DNA from: an uncultured Acidobacteriota bacterium
GTDB taxonomy: Bacteria; Acidobacteriota; Terriglobia; Acidiferrales; UBA7541
DNA length: 64,000 nt
Direction of reading: 5' to 3'
Assembly (NCBI GenBank): GCA_963695945.1
Contig: CAVOIX010000072.1
Coordinates: 12,374-76,373, forward strand
Shown: positions 1 through 9,693 of the stretch, one piece after another
Layout of the letters: each line of letters begins with the position of its first letter
Numbering within the stretch: the first letter of the stretch is position 1
Notes under the pieces: generated by a model
What the model was told of the DNA's origin: nothing
What the model saw: the letters and a program-made list of their open reading frames with translations, nothing else
Databases searched by the model: none
Translations under genes and position numbers: made by a program

Positions 1-844
1 TGCTTCTCCGCGCCGTTCCCCGTGAGATCGCCGCGCGCATGCCCTCGCGCAGGTCCGGCAGCGCTGATTGAATATCCAGCGTGCGCTTGATGCGGGGCTC
101 GAAATTTTCCACTTCCTCGGCCGTCTGCGGGTATTGCAGGTAGTAAAGGGTGCCGCCGTTTTCCACCGAAACGGCCAGCGCGCCAAGCTGCAGCGGCGTC
201 ATGCGAATGCCTTCGCCGAAGCTGGACATCCGGCCCACCCCGCCGCGTGCCGGCGGAGCCGCGGGAACCGTGCCGGGCTGCTCCTGCGAAATTTCGTATC
301 CGGAAAGTTCACCAAGCCCCATGGTGCGGGCATACTTCGAAACGGTATCAAATCCCATGCGGCGGCCGAGCTCCTCGAAATAGGCGTTGTTGGAATGCGC
401 CAGCGCCTCCGTCAGATTCAAAGATTTTCGTCGCGAAACCTTAATCATGCTGTCGCGCGTTACGACCCCTTCCTCCAGAGCCGCCACGGCAATCACCGGC
501 TTGATCGTCGAGCAGGGAATAAAGCCATCTGAGAAAGCCAATTTCTGATTGACGATGGCCAGGACGCGCCCGCTGTTCGGATCAATGGCCACCACGGACC
601 CGTTGAATTTTCCCAGTCCCCGAATGGCTGCCTCCCGCACTACAGGATCATCGAACGTAGCCACGTCGCCGTCGGTGGAATTTGCAAACGTCTGGATCCC
701 CGACCGCGAGCCAAGAATGTGCGCATACCGAGCCCCGCGCTTGCCCACCCGCGCCGGTGCCGCATAGGCCGAAGTGCACGCCAGGAACGCCAGCAGGCTC
801 CAGATTAGAAATATCGATTCGATGCGCCGGGATGACCCCGGCAT
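1..844 (-). CDS. penicillin-binding transpeptidase-domain protein (C-terminal part runs off the left edge)
   Basis: Own reverse-strand translation from ATG at 842-844: MPGSSRRIESIFLIWSLLAFLACTSAYA (signal peptide), then ...DPNSGRVLAIVNQKLAFSDGFIPCSTIKPVIAVAALE (SxxK motif STIK) and ...LAHSNNAYF (SxN motif). Not in the ORF track because no stop lies inside the window. Confidence 0.75.
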   Translation of the reverse strand, partial: MPGSSRRIESIFLIWSLLAFLACTSAYAAPARVGKRGARYAHILGSRSGIQTFANSTDGDVATFDDPVVREAAIRGLGKFNGSVVAIDPNSGRVLAIVNQKLAFSDGFIPCSTIKPVIAVAALEEGVVTRDSMIKVSRRKSLNLTEALAHSNNAYFEELGRRMGFDTVSKYARTMGLGELSGYEISQEQPGTVPAAPPARGGVGRMSSFGEGIRMTPLQLGALAVSVENGGTLYYLQYPQTAEEVENFEPRIKRTLDIQSALPDLREGMRAAISRGTARRS

Positions 845-1248
845 TTCCAGTGTACGTTTCAAGTCGTCCCCTCAGGACAGCCCGTGCCGCCAAACCTCTT
901 AGAACTACACGTCTTAAAGAGCATTCCCGCAGCCAAACGGCCTGCTGCGGCGATTAGTAGTAAACATCTCGCATCCTATTGTAAATAGGGTAGTTAAATA
1001 AAGCGCAGGGGAAGCGGAGTTGCGCCGCGGGGCACGGTCACCTGACACTATTCGGCACAACTGTACGGAAGGTGTGCCAGTTTGTGACAGTGGCGATTTG
1101 GGGGGACGTCTACGTCGCAGGCGAAATGCTTCGCTCCAATGCACGATTTGCAATGCGCGTTTTAATCGAACGAGCTATCGTTCCTTTTGCCCAATCGAAT
1201 AAAGTGTGCGTTCAACCCTACAGCCGGCGGCAATCCAGGAGGTTCATC

Positions 1249-1881
1249 ATGCCCAAGATGATTCCCGCAGTTCGTCCCGCGAAGCGGGAAAACGCGATGA
1301 GGCGGTCTCCGCTTGCGCTCGTTGCGGTCACTCTGCTGGCCTTCGCCAGCACGACTCTTTATAGCCAGGACCAGCCGCAGAAGCCAGCTCCGCGGCCCGC
1401 GGTGTCCCGAGCGGACGAGACGCTGAAAGCGTGGAATGAAATCGGCAACAAGCTGATCGACATGGCTAAGGATTTTCCGGAAGACAAGTACGATTTCAAG
1501 GTGCAAAAAGACCAGCGGACCTTCGCGCAAAATATTCTGCACGTCGCCGCCGTCGATTACGAAGCCATCCGCAGCGTCTCCGGCTCAAAGATCGGCCCCG
1601 ACTTCGGCAAGGACGTGGAAAACCCGTCGCGGGACACGTACAAAACGAAAGCCGACGTCGTCAAGCTGATCCAGCAGGCTGTCGCGGACGGAGCCAAAGT
1701 GATCCACGACCAGGGCGACGCCGGCCTCGACAAACTCACCAAACTTCCGTGGGCCAACAGTATGATCCACAGTTCCTTTACCTGGATGGAGACCACCGAG
1801 CACAGCGGCGAGCATTACGGGCAACTGGTGGTCTACTATCGCGCGAATAATATGGTGCCGCCGGAATCGCGGCCGAGGTAA
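1249..1881 (+). CDS. DinB family protein (secreted/lipoprotein-like)
   Basis: ORF 1072..1881 trimmed to ATG 1249, which is preceded by AGGAGG. Signal-like MRRSPLALVAVTLLAFAS. C-terminal TEHSGEHYGQLVVYYR is the His-containing helix typical of DinB/YfiT-like four-helix bundles. Confidence 0.7.
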   Translation: MPKMIPAVRPAKRENAMRRSPLALVAVTLLAFASTTLYSQDQPQKPAPRPAVSRADETLKAWNEIGNKLIDMAKDFPEDKYDFKVQKDQRTFAQNILHVAAVDYEAIRSVSGSKIGPDFGKDVENPSRDTYKTKADVVKLIQQAVADGAKVIHDQGDAGLDKLTKLPWANSMIHSSFTWMETTEHSGEHYGQLVVYYRANNMVPPESRPR

Positions 1882-2256
1882 GGCCCGTGAAAATCCTCTT
1901 GGCGGAGAGTTCCCGATGAGAATGAGTTTCGGCGGATGGCGCAGGCTTTGATTAGGCTTCGCTACTATAAAGGTACAACCGGGGAAATGGTACGCGGTGC
2001 CCTGATTCTTCACCCCTGGTCATACGAAGCTCGACCCCAAGCAGTGCAAGCAAAAATTCTCCAGGAAAAAATAACTCGGGTTCCGTAACCTCTGGAACCA
2101 TCTCACTTATTCGATCACCGATAATTTGTCGCATTCTTTGGGCAATCGGCTCACGCGGCTATCGCCCACAGAAAATGCCAAAAGTTGAGCCATTCGCCGG
2201 ATTTCTGGCAGTGGGCTGACACTGTATTGCAAAAAGTGCCGTAGGCACGACAAAAC

Positions 2257-2321
2257 GTAGCCCACAGCGGAAGCTGTGGGGAACATGCGAAATGATCCAC
2301 CAAGCCCCGGAGGGGCGATAC
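2257..2321 (-). repeat. family-B double-hairpin repeat module (reverse orientation)
   Basis: The reverse complement reads cgcccctccggggc...ccccacagcttccgctgtgggctac. This is the same two-hairpin architecture as the tandem units at 31717-31941. Confidence 0.7.
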
Positions 2322-2410
2322 AAGGGGCTCACCTACAAGCACTCTTCTCCACACTTGGCCGGCCTTGTGTCACCCCTGCCAGGGTTCCGGCCTCATGATT
2401 CGGGTGCCTT

Positions 2411-2455
2411 CCCACCGCTTCCGCGGTGGGCTACGTTCTTTCGTCCCTCCGGGAC
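2411..2455 (+). repeat. family-B repeat module (partial, forward orientation)
   Basis: cccaccgcttccgcggtgggctacg...gtccctccgggac. The first hairpin is identical to the one in the 31.7-kb array, and the terminal GTCCC/GGGAC hairpin resembles the array's last half unit. Confidence 0.7.
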
Positions 2456-2510
2456 TGGCGCTCCGGAACTGACGGCGCAGGATTCGCCCACGAGGCGATC
2501 TCTGACCGGC

Positions 2511-2539
2511 TTGCTTTTGGAGCAATGGCTGACTATACT
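2511..2539 (+). promoter_or_regulatory. candidate sigma-70-type promoter of the rimP-nusA-infB leader
   Basis: TTGCTT (2511-2516), exactly 17 nt, then TATACT (2534-2539). It lies 200 nt upstream of rimP. Confidence 0.35.
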
Positions 2540-2568
2540 GTTACTTGCCTAAGCCGGTCGAAAGCCTC

Positions 2569-2591
2569 AGTGGGCGAGAGCCCACTTTTTT
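2569..2591 (+). terminator. intrinsic terminator / leader attenuator hairpin
   Basis: 7-bp stem AGTGGGC/GCCCACT with a GAGA (GNRA) loop, followed by TTTTTT. It lies between the candidate promoter and rimP. Confidence 0.6.
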
Positions 2592-2741
2592 ATTGAACTG
2601 AGGTTTCCTGGGGTTTTCCGGATCGGAGACCGTTGCGCAATTGTCGGCGGATTCGGGGCGATCGCGCGGCGCGGACGGAAAGCGGGAGCGGGGTTGGGGC
2701 TGTAATTTTACGCTGAGCGCTGTAAGTGTCGCGCGCAGCCC

Positions 2742-3200
2742 GTGAGCATCATGGAACTGGAACGCATCCGCGAAGCCGCCGAGCGCGTGGCGCGGTCGGT
2801 GGGCATGGACGTGGTGGACGTCGAGTGGAAGATCGGCAAAGAACGCTTCCTGCGCGTCTACATCGATAAGCCGGAAGGCATCAGCCACAAGGATTGCGAG
2901 ATTGTCAGCAACCAGTTGAGCGTAATCCTCGACGTGGAGGATTTGGTTCCGGGGCCGCCGTATATTTTGGAGGTCAGTTCTCCGGGCCTGGACCGCAAGC
3001 TCACGCGGCCGGCGGAGTTTGAGCGTTTTGCCGGGCGGCTGGCGAGAATTTCGACGATGGAACCGGTGGAGAATCAGAAATTTTTTGAAGGCCGTCTGGC
3101 GGGCGTCGCCGATGGCAAGGTCCAGATTGAAGTGAAGGGCCGGGTGATTGCTTTGCCGATGGAAGGTATTCGCAAAGCGAACCTGGTTGTTGAGTTTTGA
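2742..3200 (+). CDS. rimP: ribosome maturation factor RimP
   Basis: 152-aa ORF with ...YILEVSSPGLDRKLTRPAEFERFAG... typical of RimP. Sits immediately upstream of nusA. An alternative ATG start is at 2751. Confidence 0.85.
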   Translation: MSIMELERIREAAERVARSVGMDVVDVEWKIGKERFLRVYIDKPEGISHKDCEIVSNQLSVILDVEDLVPGPPYILEVSSPGLDRKLTRPAEFERFAGRLARISTMEPVENQKFFEGRLAGVADGKVQIEVKGRVIALPMEGIRKANLVVEF

Positions 3201-3212
3201 GATGAGGGACAG

Positions 3213-4741
3213 ATGGCCAATCTGCTATATCAAACAATTGAGCAGATCAGCCGGGAAAAGCACATTGAACCGGAGGTGATTGTCGCGGCGATCGAAGACG
3301 CGATGATCGTCGCCGCGCGCAAGTATTACAAGACCGAAGAGGACCTACGCGCTAAGTTCAATCCAGATTCCGGGCAGGTCGATGTGTTTGCCGTGCGCCC
3401 GGTGGTCGAGGAAGTTACCGACCCGAAAAAGGAATTTACGCTGGCGGAAGCCAAGCGATTCGATCCGAACGTCGAAGTGGGCGGCGAGATCGTCATTCCC
3501 AAGCCTACCGACGTGCTGGGCCGCATCGCTGCGCAAACTGCGAAGCAAGTGATCATGCAGAAGGTGCGCGAGGCTGAGCGCGACACCATTTACAACGAAT
3601 ACAACGGTCGCGTCGGCGAACTGGTGAACTGCGTGGTCAAGCGCACCGAGGGTCCGGACGTGATCGTGGATCTTGGGCGCGCCGAAGCGCGCATGCCCAA
3701 GCGCGAACAGTCGCGCCTGGAAACGTACAACATCGGCGACCGCCTGCGCGTGGTGATTCGCGCGGTGGACCGCTCCGCGAAGGGACCGCAGGTGATCGTC
3801 TCCCGCGCCGATCCAATTTTAGTGCAGCGTCTTTTTGAGATGGAAGTGCCGGAAATTTACGACGGCACGGTGCAGATTCGCGCCGCCGCGCGCGAAGCCG
3901 GCGAACGCACCAAGATCGCCGTGCAGAGCCGCGACAAGGATGTCGATCCGGTGGGTGCGTGCGTGGGCATGAAGGGCATGCGCGTGCAATCCATCATCCG
4001 CGAATTGCGCGGCGAAAAAATCGACATCATTCCCTATTCGGAAGACACCGTGCAGTTCGCGCAAAAGGCGCTGTCTCCCGCGAAAGTCACGCGCGTTCAG
4101 ATCATCGATCCGGAAACGCGGCACCTCGAAGTGATCGTAGAAGACACGCAGCTCTCTCTTGCCATCGGCAAGAAGGGCCAGAACGTGCGCCTGGCCAGTA
4201 AGCTGATTGGCTGGAACGTCGATATCAAGAGCGAGGAAGAAAAGCGCCAGGAAATCGAAGCGCAAATGGCCGCGCTGACGGCTCCCGGCACGCCGCTCTC
4301 CGAGCTTGCAGGGCGTCGGTCCCAAAACGATTGAGAAGATCGAGATGCACGGAATCACACGATCGAAAAGCTCGCCGACATGACGCCCGAACAGCTCACG
4401 GAAATTCCGGGCATCGGCGAGAAAATGGTCGAGAAGATTCAGTTGTCCGTGGCCGCCTATTTCCAATCGCTGGAAAATCCGACGGCCGGAAACCGAATCG
4501 CTGGAAGCGCTGGCCGAGGAGGAAATCCGCGGGCGAAGCGGCGGAAGCAGGCGGAAGCCACCGAGGAAACCGCCGAAGCGCGCCGATGTGCGGCGGAAGA
4601 GACCGAGCGCTGCCGACGGAAGCCGAAGAAATCGCGGATGCCGCCGCGGCGCAGGCCATGCCGGAACGCAGCGGAGGCGGATGCATCTACCGAGATTCGG
4701 ACGAAGCACGGAAAAGAAGTAGCGGCCCCGGAGGGCAATGA
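3213..4741 (+). CDS. nusA: transcription termination/antitermination factor NusA (frame-broken as sequenced)
   Basis: ORF 3213..4334 covers the NusA N-terminal, S1 and KH domains (GACVGMKGMRVQSIIRELRGEKIDII, LAIGKKGQNVRLASKLIGWNVDI). The HhH tail continues out of frame (GVGPKTIEKIEMHGIT) and returns in ORF 4380.. (MTPEQLTEIPGIGEKMVEKI). The acidic tail changes frame again. A frame-2 TGA at 4739-4741 overlaps the infB ATG (ATGA). The end coordinate is uncertain. Confidence 0.85.
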
Positions 4742-7636
4742 CAGATTCGAATCAAATCCGTATCAACGAACTGGCTCGCGAACTCGAGGTCAAGGCAAAG
4801 GCAATCATCGATTATTTGCCTGAAGCCGGGGTTACCGAGAAAAAGACGCACTCCAGTTCCATTGAGGTAGCGGCCGCGGTAAAGGTGCGCGAACATTTTC
4901 GCGCCGCTGCCGAAGCCGAAGACACAAGCGGAACAGAAGGCGATAGCCGACAAGGCCGCGAAGGAAGCGGCGGCCCGCGCCGCGCGAATGAAGCCGGCCG
5001 TGGCTCCTCCTCCGCCGCGCCCGCTGTCGCTCCGCCTGCGCCTGCCGCTGTTGTCACTGAGCCCAGTCGTCCTGCTCCGCCTCCTGCTCCTGCTGCTGTC
5101 GAAGCCAAGCCCGCTGTGGTGGTTCCGCCACCTCCAGTCATTTCGAAGCCGGCTGGTCGTTCCGCCGCCTGCAGCGGCGCCCAAGGTTGCGCCACCAGCC
5201 GCTCCGGTGGCGCCAAGCCTGTTGTGCGTCCGCCTGCACCGTGCCGCCCCGCTGCACGCTGCGCAACTCCGGTTGCTGCGAGACCGCCTGCAGCCGCTCC
5301 AGCGGCGCCTCCGCGACATCCGACGACCGCATCGCCTCGGCGGCACGGCCTGCAGCGTCTGGATCCGCTAGACCAGCCGCTGCCGCACCGCCGTCTGCCG
5401 GCGCGCGCCAGCGGTTCTGCCGCTCGGCCGGCCGTACCAGCCAAGCACCAGCGCCTCCGAAACCGAATTGGAATCCGCTGCCTCCCGGCGCGCGAGTGAA
5501 TCCGCCGGCGCCCGCGCCCGGCCCCCGCCGCTCGGCCCGGCCAGCCGTCGCGATTTCCGGCTCGTCCGGGACAAGGGCGTCCAGGCCAGCCTGTGCCCGG
5601 TCGACCCGGCCAGCCTTCGCACGATCGTCCCGGAGCGCCGTCGCCCGGGCGGCACGCACGGGCCCGTGCTGCCTCCGGACAAGGCGCCGCCAAAAGCCGA
5701 ACCCGGCAAACCAATTTATGAACGCAAGCCCGCCGCCCGCGCCCGTCCCACGATGGAGAAGCGCTTTGAAGAGGGCGAGCGCAAACTGCATCCGGTACGC
5801 GCCCGCATGGGCGTCGGCGAACAGCGCCGCAGCACGCAGATCTGAACGCGCGCCGGCGCCGCCGCCGCGCGAACCGCGCCAGATTACAATTACCGAAGGA
5901 GTCACGGTTCGTGACCTGGCGGAAAAGCTGGACGTGCGCGCCAAGGACGTACTGAAAATTCTGCTGGACCGCGGCATTTTTGCCAGCATCAACCAGGCGC
6001 TCGACACGGCCACGGCCACCAGCCTTGCGGAAGCCTTTAACGGCATCGTCAACGTCATCACGTTTGAGGAAGACGTGGTGCGCGAAGTCGCCCTGGAAGA
6101 AAAGCCGGAAAATCTGGAGCCGCGTCCGCCCGTCGTTACCGTCATGGGCCACGTCGATCACGGCAAGACTAGCCTGCTCGACGCGATTCGCGAAACGGAA
6201 GTCGCCGCAGGAGAGGCGGGCGGAATCACGCAGCACATCGGCGCGTCCGAGGTTCACATCAATGGACGCAAAGTGGTGTTCATCGACACGCCGGGTCACG
6301 AAGCCTTCACCCGCATGCGCGCGCGCGGCGCAAAAGTCACGGACATCGTTGTGCTGGTCGTGGCGGCCGATGATGGCGTGATGCCACAAACGCAGGAAGC
6401 CATCGACCACGCCAAGGCTGGCGGCGTGCCGATCGTCGTGGCCATCAACAAGATCGACAAGCCGGCGCGCAGCCCGAGCGCGTCAAGCGCCAGCTTTCCG
6501 AACGCGGTCTGATGCCCGAAGAATGGGGCGGAGACACCGTCATGGTGGAAGTCTCCGCGAAGCAGAAAAAAAATCTGGATAAGCTGCTGGAAATGCTTTT
6601 GCTTGTGGCGGACTTGCGCGAATTGAAAGCCAATCCGAAAGCTCCCGGCGCGGGAACGTGCTGGAATCCCGCGTGGACCGGGGGCGCGGCCCGGTTGCCA
6701 CGGTTCTGGTGCAAACGGGCACGCTCAATGCCGGAGACGTTTTCATCTGCGGCGCGGTTTACGGAAAAGTTCGCGCCATGTTTGACGATCACGGGCGGCC
6801 GGTGAAGAGCGCGGGCCCATCGACTCCGGTCGAAGTGCTCGGTTTGCAGGGCGCGCCGGAAGCCGGCGACCAATTTCAGGTGGCCGATGAAGCGCGGGCG
6901 CGGCACATCGTTGAATTTCGCCAGGGCAAACTGCGTGAAGCCAGCCTTGCGCGGTCCGCGGGGGCGCGCATCACGCTCGATCAGTTGCACGAACAGTTGC
7001 GGCTCGGCGAGGTCAAGGAGCTTCCGCTGGTGATCAAGGCGGACGTGCAGGGCTCGGTGGAAGTTCTCAGCGAAATGCTGCCGAAACTTTCCGACGACCG
7101 CGTGAAACTGAAAATTATTCACGCCAGCATCGGCGCGGTGACCGAAAACGATGTGCTTCTGGCGTCAGCGTCCGGCGCCATCGTCGTGGCGTTCAACGTA
7201 CGGCCCGGATCGCAAGGCTACTGATCTGGCGCAGCGCGAAGGCGTGGAGATTCGGCCGCATACGATCATTTACGAAGTGTCCGACGAAATCAAGAAGGCC
7301 ATGACCGGACTGCTCGAGCCCGTGTTCAAGGAAACGCATCTCGGCAGGGCCGAAGTGCGCGACACGTTCCGCGTGAAGGGCGTAGGCATGATCGCGGGAT
7401 GCTACGTGCTGGACGGCATGCTCAAGCGCGATTCCGACGTGCGCGTGCTGCGCGACGGCGCGGTGGTCTATACCGGGAAAATTACATCGCTTCGCCGCTT
7501 CAAGGACGATGTGAACGAAGTGCGCTCCGGCTTCGAGTGCGGAGCAACCGTCTCCAACTTCGCGGACATCAAAGTGGCCGACGTTCTCGAATGCTTCCAT
7601 ATGCAGAAGCTGGTTTTGGCCGAAGCGACCGCCTGA
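4738..7636 (+). CDS. infB: translation initiation factor IF-2 (at least 6 frame breaks as sequenced)
   Basis: Fragments are ORF 4738.. ([29 protein letters not shown]2 N domain) and the Pro/Ala-rich linker spread over ORFs 4988../5468... ORF 5187..6512 holds the G domain ([30 protein letters not shown]). ORFs 6512.., 6658.. and 7151..7636 give domains II-IV, ending ...[19 protein letters not shown]. Confidence 0.9.
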
Positions 7637-7642
7637 GTTCAA

Positions 7643-7668
7643 GTAGAATAGGCTTCCGCCTGTTGGGT
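7643..7668. repeat. family-A REP-like hairpin (degenerate copy)
   Basis: gtagaataggcttccgcctgttggg. Related to the ggataggcttccgcctgtcc copies at 29777 and 35501. Sits just after the infB stop. Confidence 0.5.
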
Positions 7669-7776
7669 TTAGATTTAAGTTGGAATCGATTTGGATGTCG
7701 ATTGAGTTTCAACGAAGAGCAAGTCCAGCCGCAGTAGGCAAGCGCAGTTTGACCATGTTTCCGGAAATTCGCCGGG

Positions 7777-8064
7777 ATGAAGATGCCGATCGGTCTGCTC
7801 ACCCTGGAAATTTATATTCCCGAGGCGCACTCGCTCAAAGACAAGCGGCAGGTGCTCCGCAGCCTGAAGGACCGGCTGCGGGGGAAATTCAACGTGGCCG
7901 TTGCGGAACTGGAAGGCCAGGACTCCTGGCAGCGGTCGGTGGTGGGTGTGGTGAGTCTCGCGAACAACGCCGGATTTGTGGAAGAGACTTTGCGCACCGT
8001 GCTGCGGGATTCCGAGCGGCATCTCGGCCGGGACCTGGTGGGTCACGATCTGGAAGTTTTGTAG
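7777..8064 (+). CDS. DUF503 family protein (YlxP-like)
   Basis: 95 aa, ...LEIYIPEAHSLKDKRQVLRSLKDRLRGKFNVAVAEL.... Has the conserved position between infB and rbfA. Confidence 0.8.
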   Translation: MKMPIGLLTLEIYIPEAHSLKDKRQVLRSLKDRLRGKFNVAVAELEGQDSWQRSVVGVVSLANNAGFVEETLRTVLRDSERHLGRDLVGHDLEVL

Positions 8065-8127
8065 AGTCGGTTGCCGTCCGGGCAACCGGTTAAGATTCTC
8101 AGGATTTTCTTATCTGGTGAAACGAAA

Positions 8128-8487
8128 ATGACGGTTGCAGGGCATCGGCACGAGCGCGTGGCCGAGGAAATTCGGCACGAACTGGCGATCATGGTCGCGG
8201 GCGAGTTGAAGGATCCGCGGATTGAGGGACTGGTCACGGTCACCGAGGTGCGCGTCACGCCGGACATGAAGCACGCGCGCGTGTTCGTGAGCGTGATGGG
8301 CAGCGAAGCGGAACAGAAGAGCACGATCAGCGGACTTTTCGCCGCTGTCGGCTATATCCGCCACGAACTAACCGAACGGCTGCAGTTGCGCCGCGCGCCC
8401 GAAATTCATTTCATCCTCGATCACTCCGAGGAATACGGCCAGCGAATCGAAGATCTTTTGCGGCAAACAAAAAAACCGGCTTCGTGA
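8128..8487 (+). CDS. rbfA: 30S ribosome-binding factor RbfA
   Basis: ORF 8071..8487 trimmed to ATG 8128. HRHERVAEEIRHELAIMV...DPRIEGLVTVTEVRVTPDMKHARVFVSV is typical of RbfA. Confidence 0.85.
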   Translation: MTVAGHRHERVAEEIRHELAIMVAGELKDPRIEGLVTVTEVRVTPDMKHARVFVSVMGSEAEQKSTISGLFAAVGYIRHELTERLQLRRAPEIHFILDHSEEYGQRIEDLLRQTKKPAS

Positions 8488-8544
8488 TTCGACGTAGCTA
8501 GCCCAGAAAAATTATTCTCTGTTTTAGCGCCGAAAGCAGTGCGA

Positions 8545-8632
8545 GTGGTGCAGGCTTCAGCCTGTGGGTGTTGGCAGGAGCAGGATCGCCCGGGCCGCAA
8601 CCAAATTCCACAGGCTGAAACCTGTGCCACCC
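8545..8632. repeat. inverted pair of family-A REP-like hairpins
   Basis: gtggtgcaggcttcagcctgtgggtg, about 40 nt, then ccacaggctgaaacctgtgccacc. Lies in the rbfA-truB spacer. Confidence 0.75.
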
Positions 8633-8674
8633 GGGGCCGCGCTGTACGTCAGCGAGAATTCCAGGCTAATCTAA

Positions 8675-9649
8675 ATGCCAAGAAAACCGCAGCCCGCGTC
8701 GCTGGACGGCGCATTGGTCATCGACAAGCCGCGCGGCAGAACCTCGCACGACGTGGTCGAGGCTGTGCGCCGCATCGTCGGATTCCGGCAAATCGGGCAT
8801 CTTGGCACGCTCGATCCGCTGGCAACGGGTGTTCTGGTGCTGCTGCTCGGACGCGCCACGCGCTTGGCGCAATTTTATGTGGGACGCCGCAAACGCTACG
8901 ACTCCACATTCCGCTTCGGCTTCGCCACCGACACGTACGACGCCGATGGCGAAGCACTCAGTCCCGATACGGCTCCGCAGATCGATGGCCCTGAAATCGA
9001 GCGCCTCGCCGCCGAGCGCATCGGGCGATTTCCGCAGGTGCCTCCACCCTATTCCGCGAAAAAAATTCACGGGCGCCCCGCGCACGAACTGGCGCGAAAG
9101 AAAAAACCGGTGGAATTGAAGGCCGTGGAGATCGAAGTCTACGATTTTCACGTCAACGAAGTTTCCGGCTCGCTGGCTAAAGTTTCCATCGAATGCGCCG
9201 CCGGCACGTACATCCGTTCGCTGGCCCATGACATGGGCGCAACCGTGGGTTGCGGCGCGCACCTCGCGGAAATCATCCGCACGGCGGTCGGCGAGTTTAC
9301 GCTTGATCAGGCAGTGAAGCTCGAAGACCTCGACAAAGCAGGCAAGGAAGGCGATCTGGCGCGTTACGTCATTCCGCTGGAGCGGCTGCTCCCCGAATTG
9401 CCGAGCGTTACGATTTTGCCGCTTCTGGAAAAACGCGTGCGCCACGGCTCGAAATTCAACGTACAGATTGCGCAGATTCAGCCGGGGCGTCCGAGCGCCG
9501 CTCAGGGCGCTACCAGTCAGCTCGATTCGGGTGAGTGGAAACCGGCGCGTTTGCGGGTTTTCAGCCAGCAGGAACGATTGATCGCCATCGCGGAGGCGAA
9601 AGTGCCACGCACGTACCAGCCGGTCGTGGTTCTCGAAGCGGAAGCCTGA
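8675..9649 (+). CDS. truB: tRNA pseudouridine(55) synthase TruB
   Basis: 324 aa with GHLGTLDPLATGVLVLLLG (catalytic Asp motif). Synteny follows rbfA. Confidence 0.9.
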   Translation: MPRKPQPASLDGALVIDKPRGRTSHDVVEAVRRIVGFRQIGHLGTLDPLATGVLVLLLGRATRLAQFYVGRRKRYDSTFRFGFATDTYDADGEALSPDTAPQIDGPEIERLAAERIGRFPQVPPPYSAKKIHGRPAHELARKKKPVELKAVEIEVYDFHVNEVSGSLAKVSIECAAGTYIRSLAHDMGATVGCGAHLAEIIRTAVGEFTLDQAVKLEDLDKAGKEGDLARYVIPLERLLPELPSVTILPLLEKRVRHGSKFNVQIAQIQPGRPSAAQGATSQLDSGEWKPARLRVFSQQERLIAIAEAKVPRTYQPVVVLEAEA

Positions 9650-9693
9650 AAATATCGCGTCTCGCTGTAATCTGAGAATTCGCGGATAGCTCG

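Noticed and set aside
1952-2134. 60-aa minus-strand ORF (MRQIIGDRISEMVPEVTEPELFFPGEF...) as a possible toxin-antitoxin remnant
   Set aside because: I see no recognisable motif, partner ORF or convincing RBS. It lies in a repeat-rich spacer with T-run homopolymers. The evidence is insufficient to call a gene.
4812-6410. 532-aa minus-strand ORF (plus 3819..4709 and 5138..6145) antisense to nusA/infB
   Set aside because: Arg/Ala/Gly/Pro-rich composition typical of antisense shadow ORFs in high-GC DNA. The opposite strand carries unmistakable NusA and IF-2 sequence.
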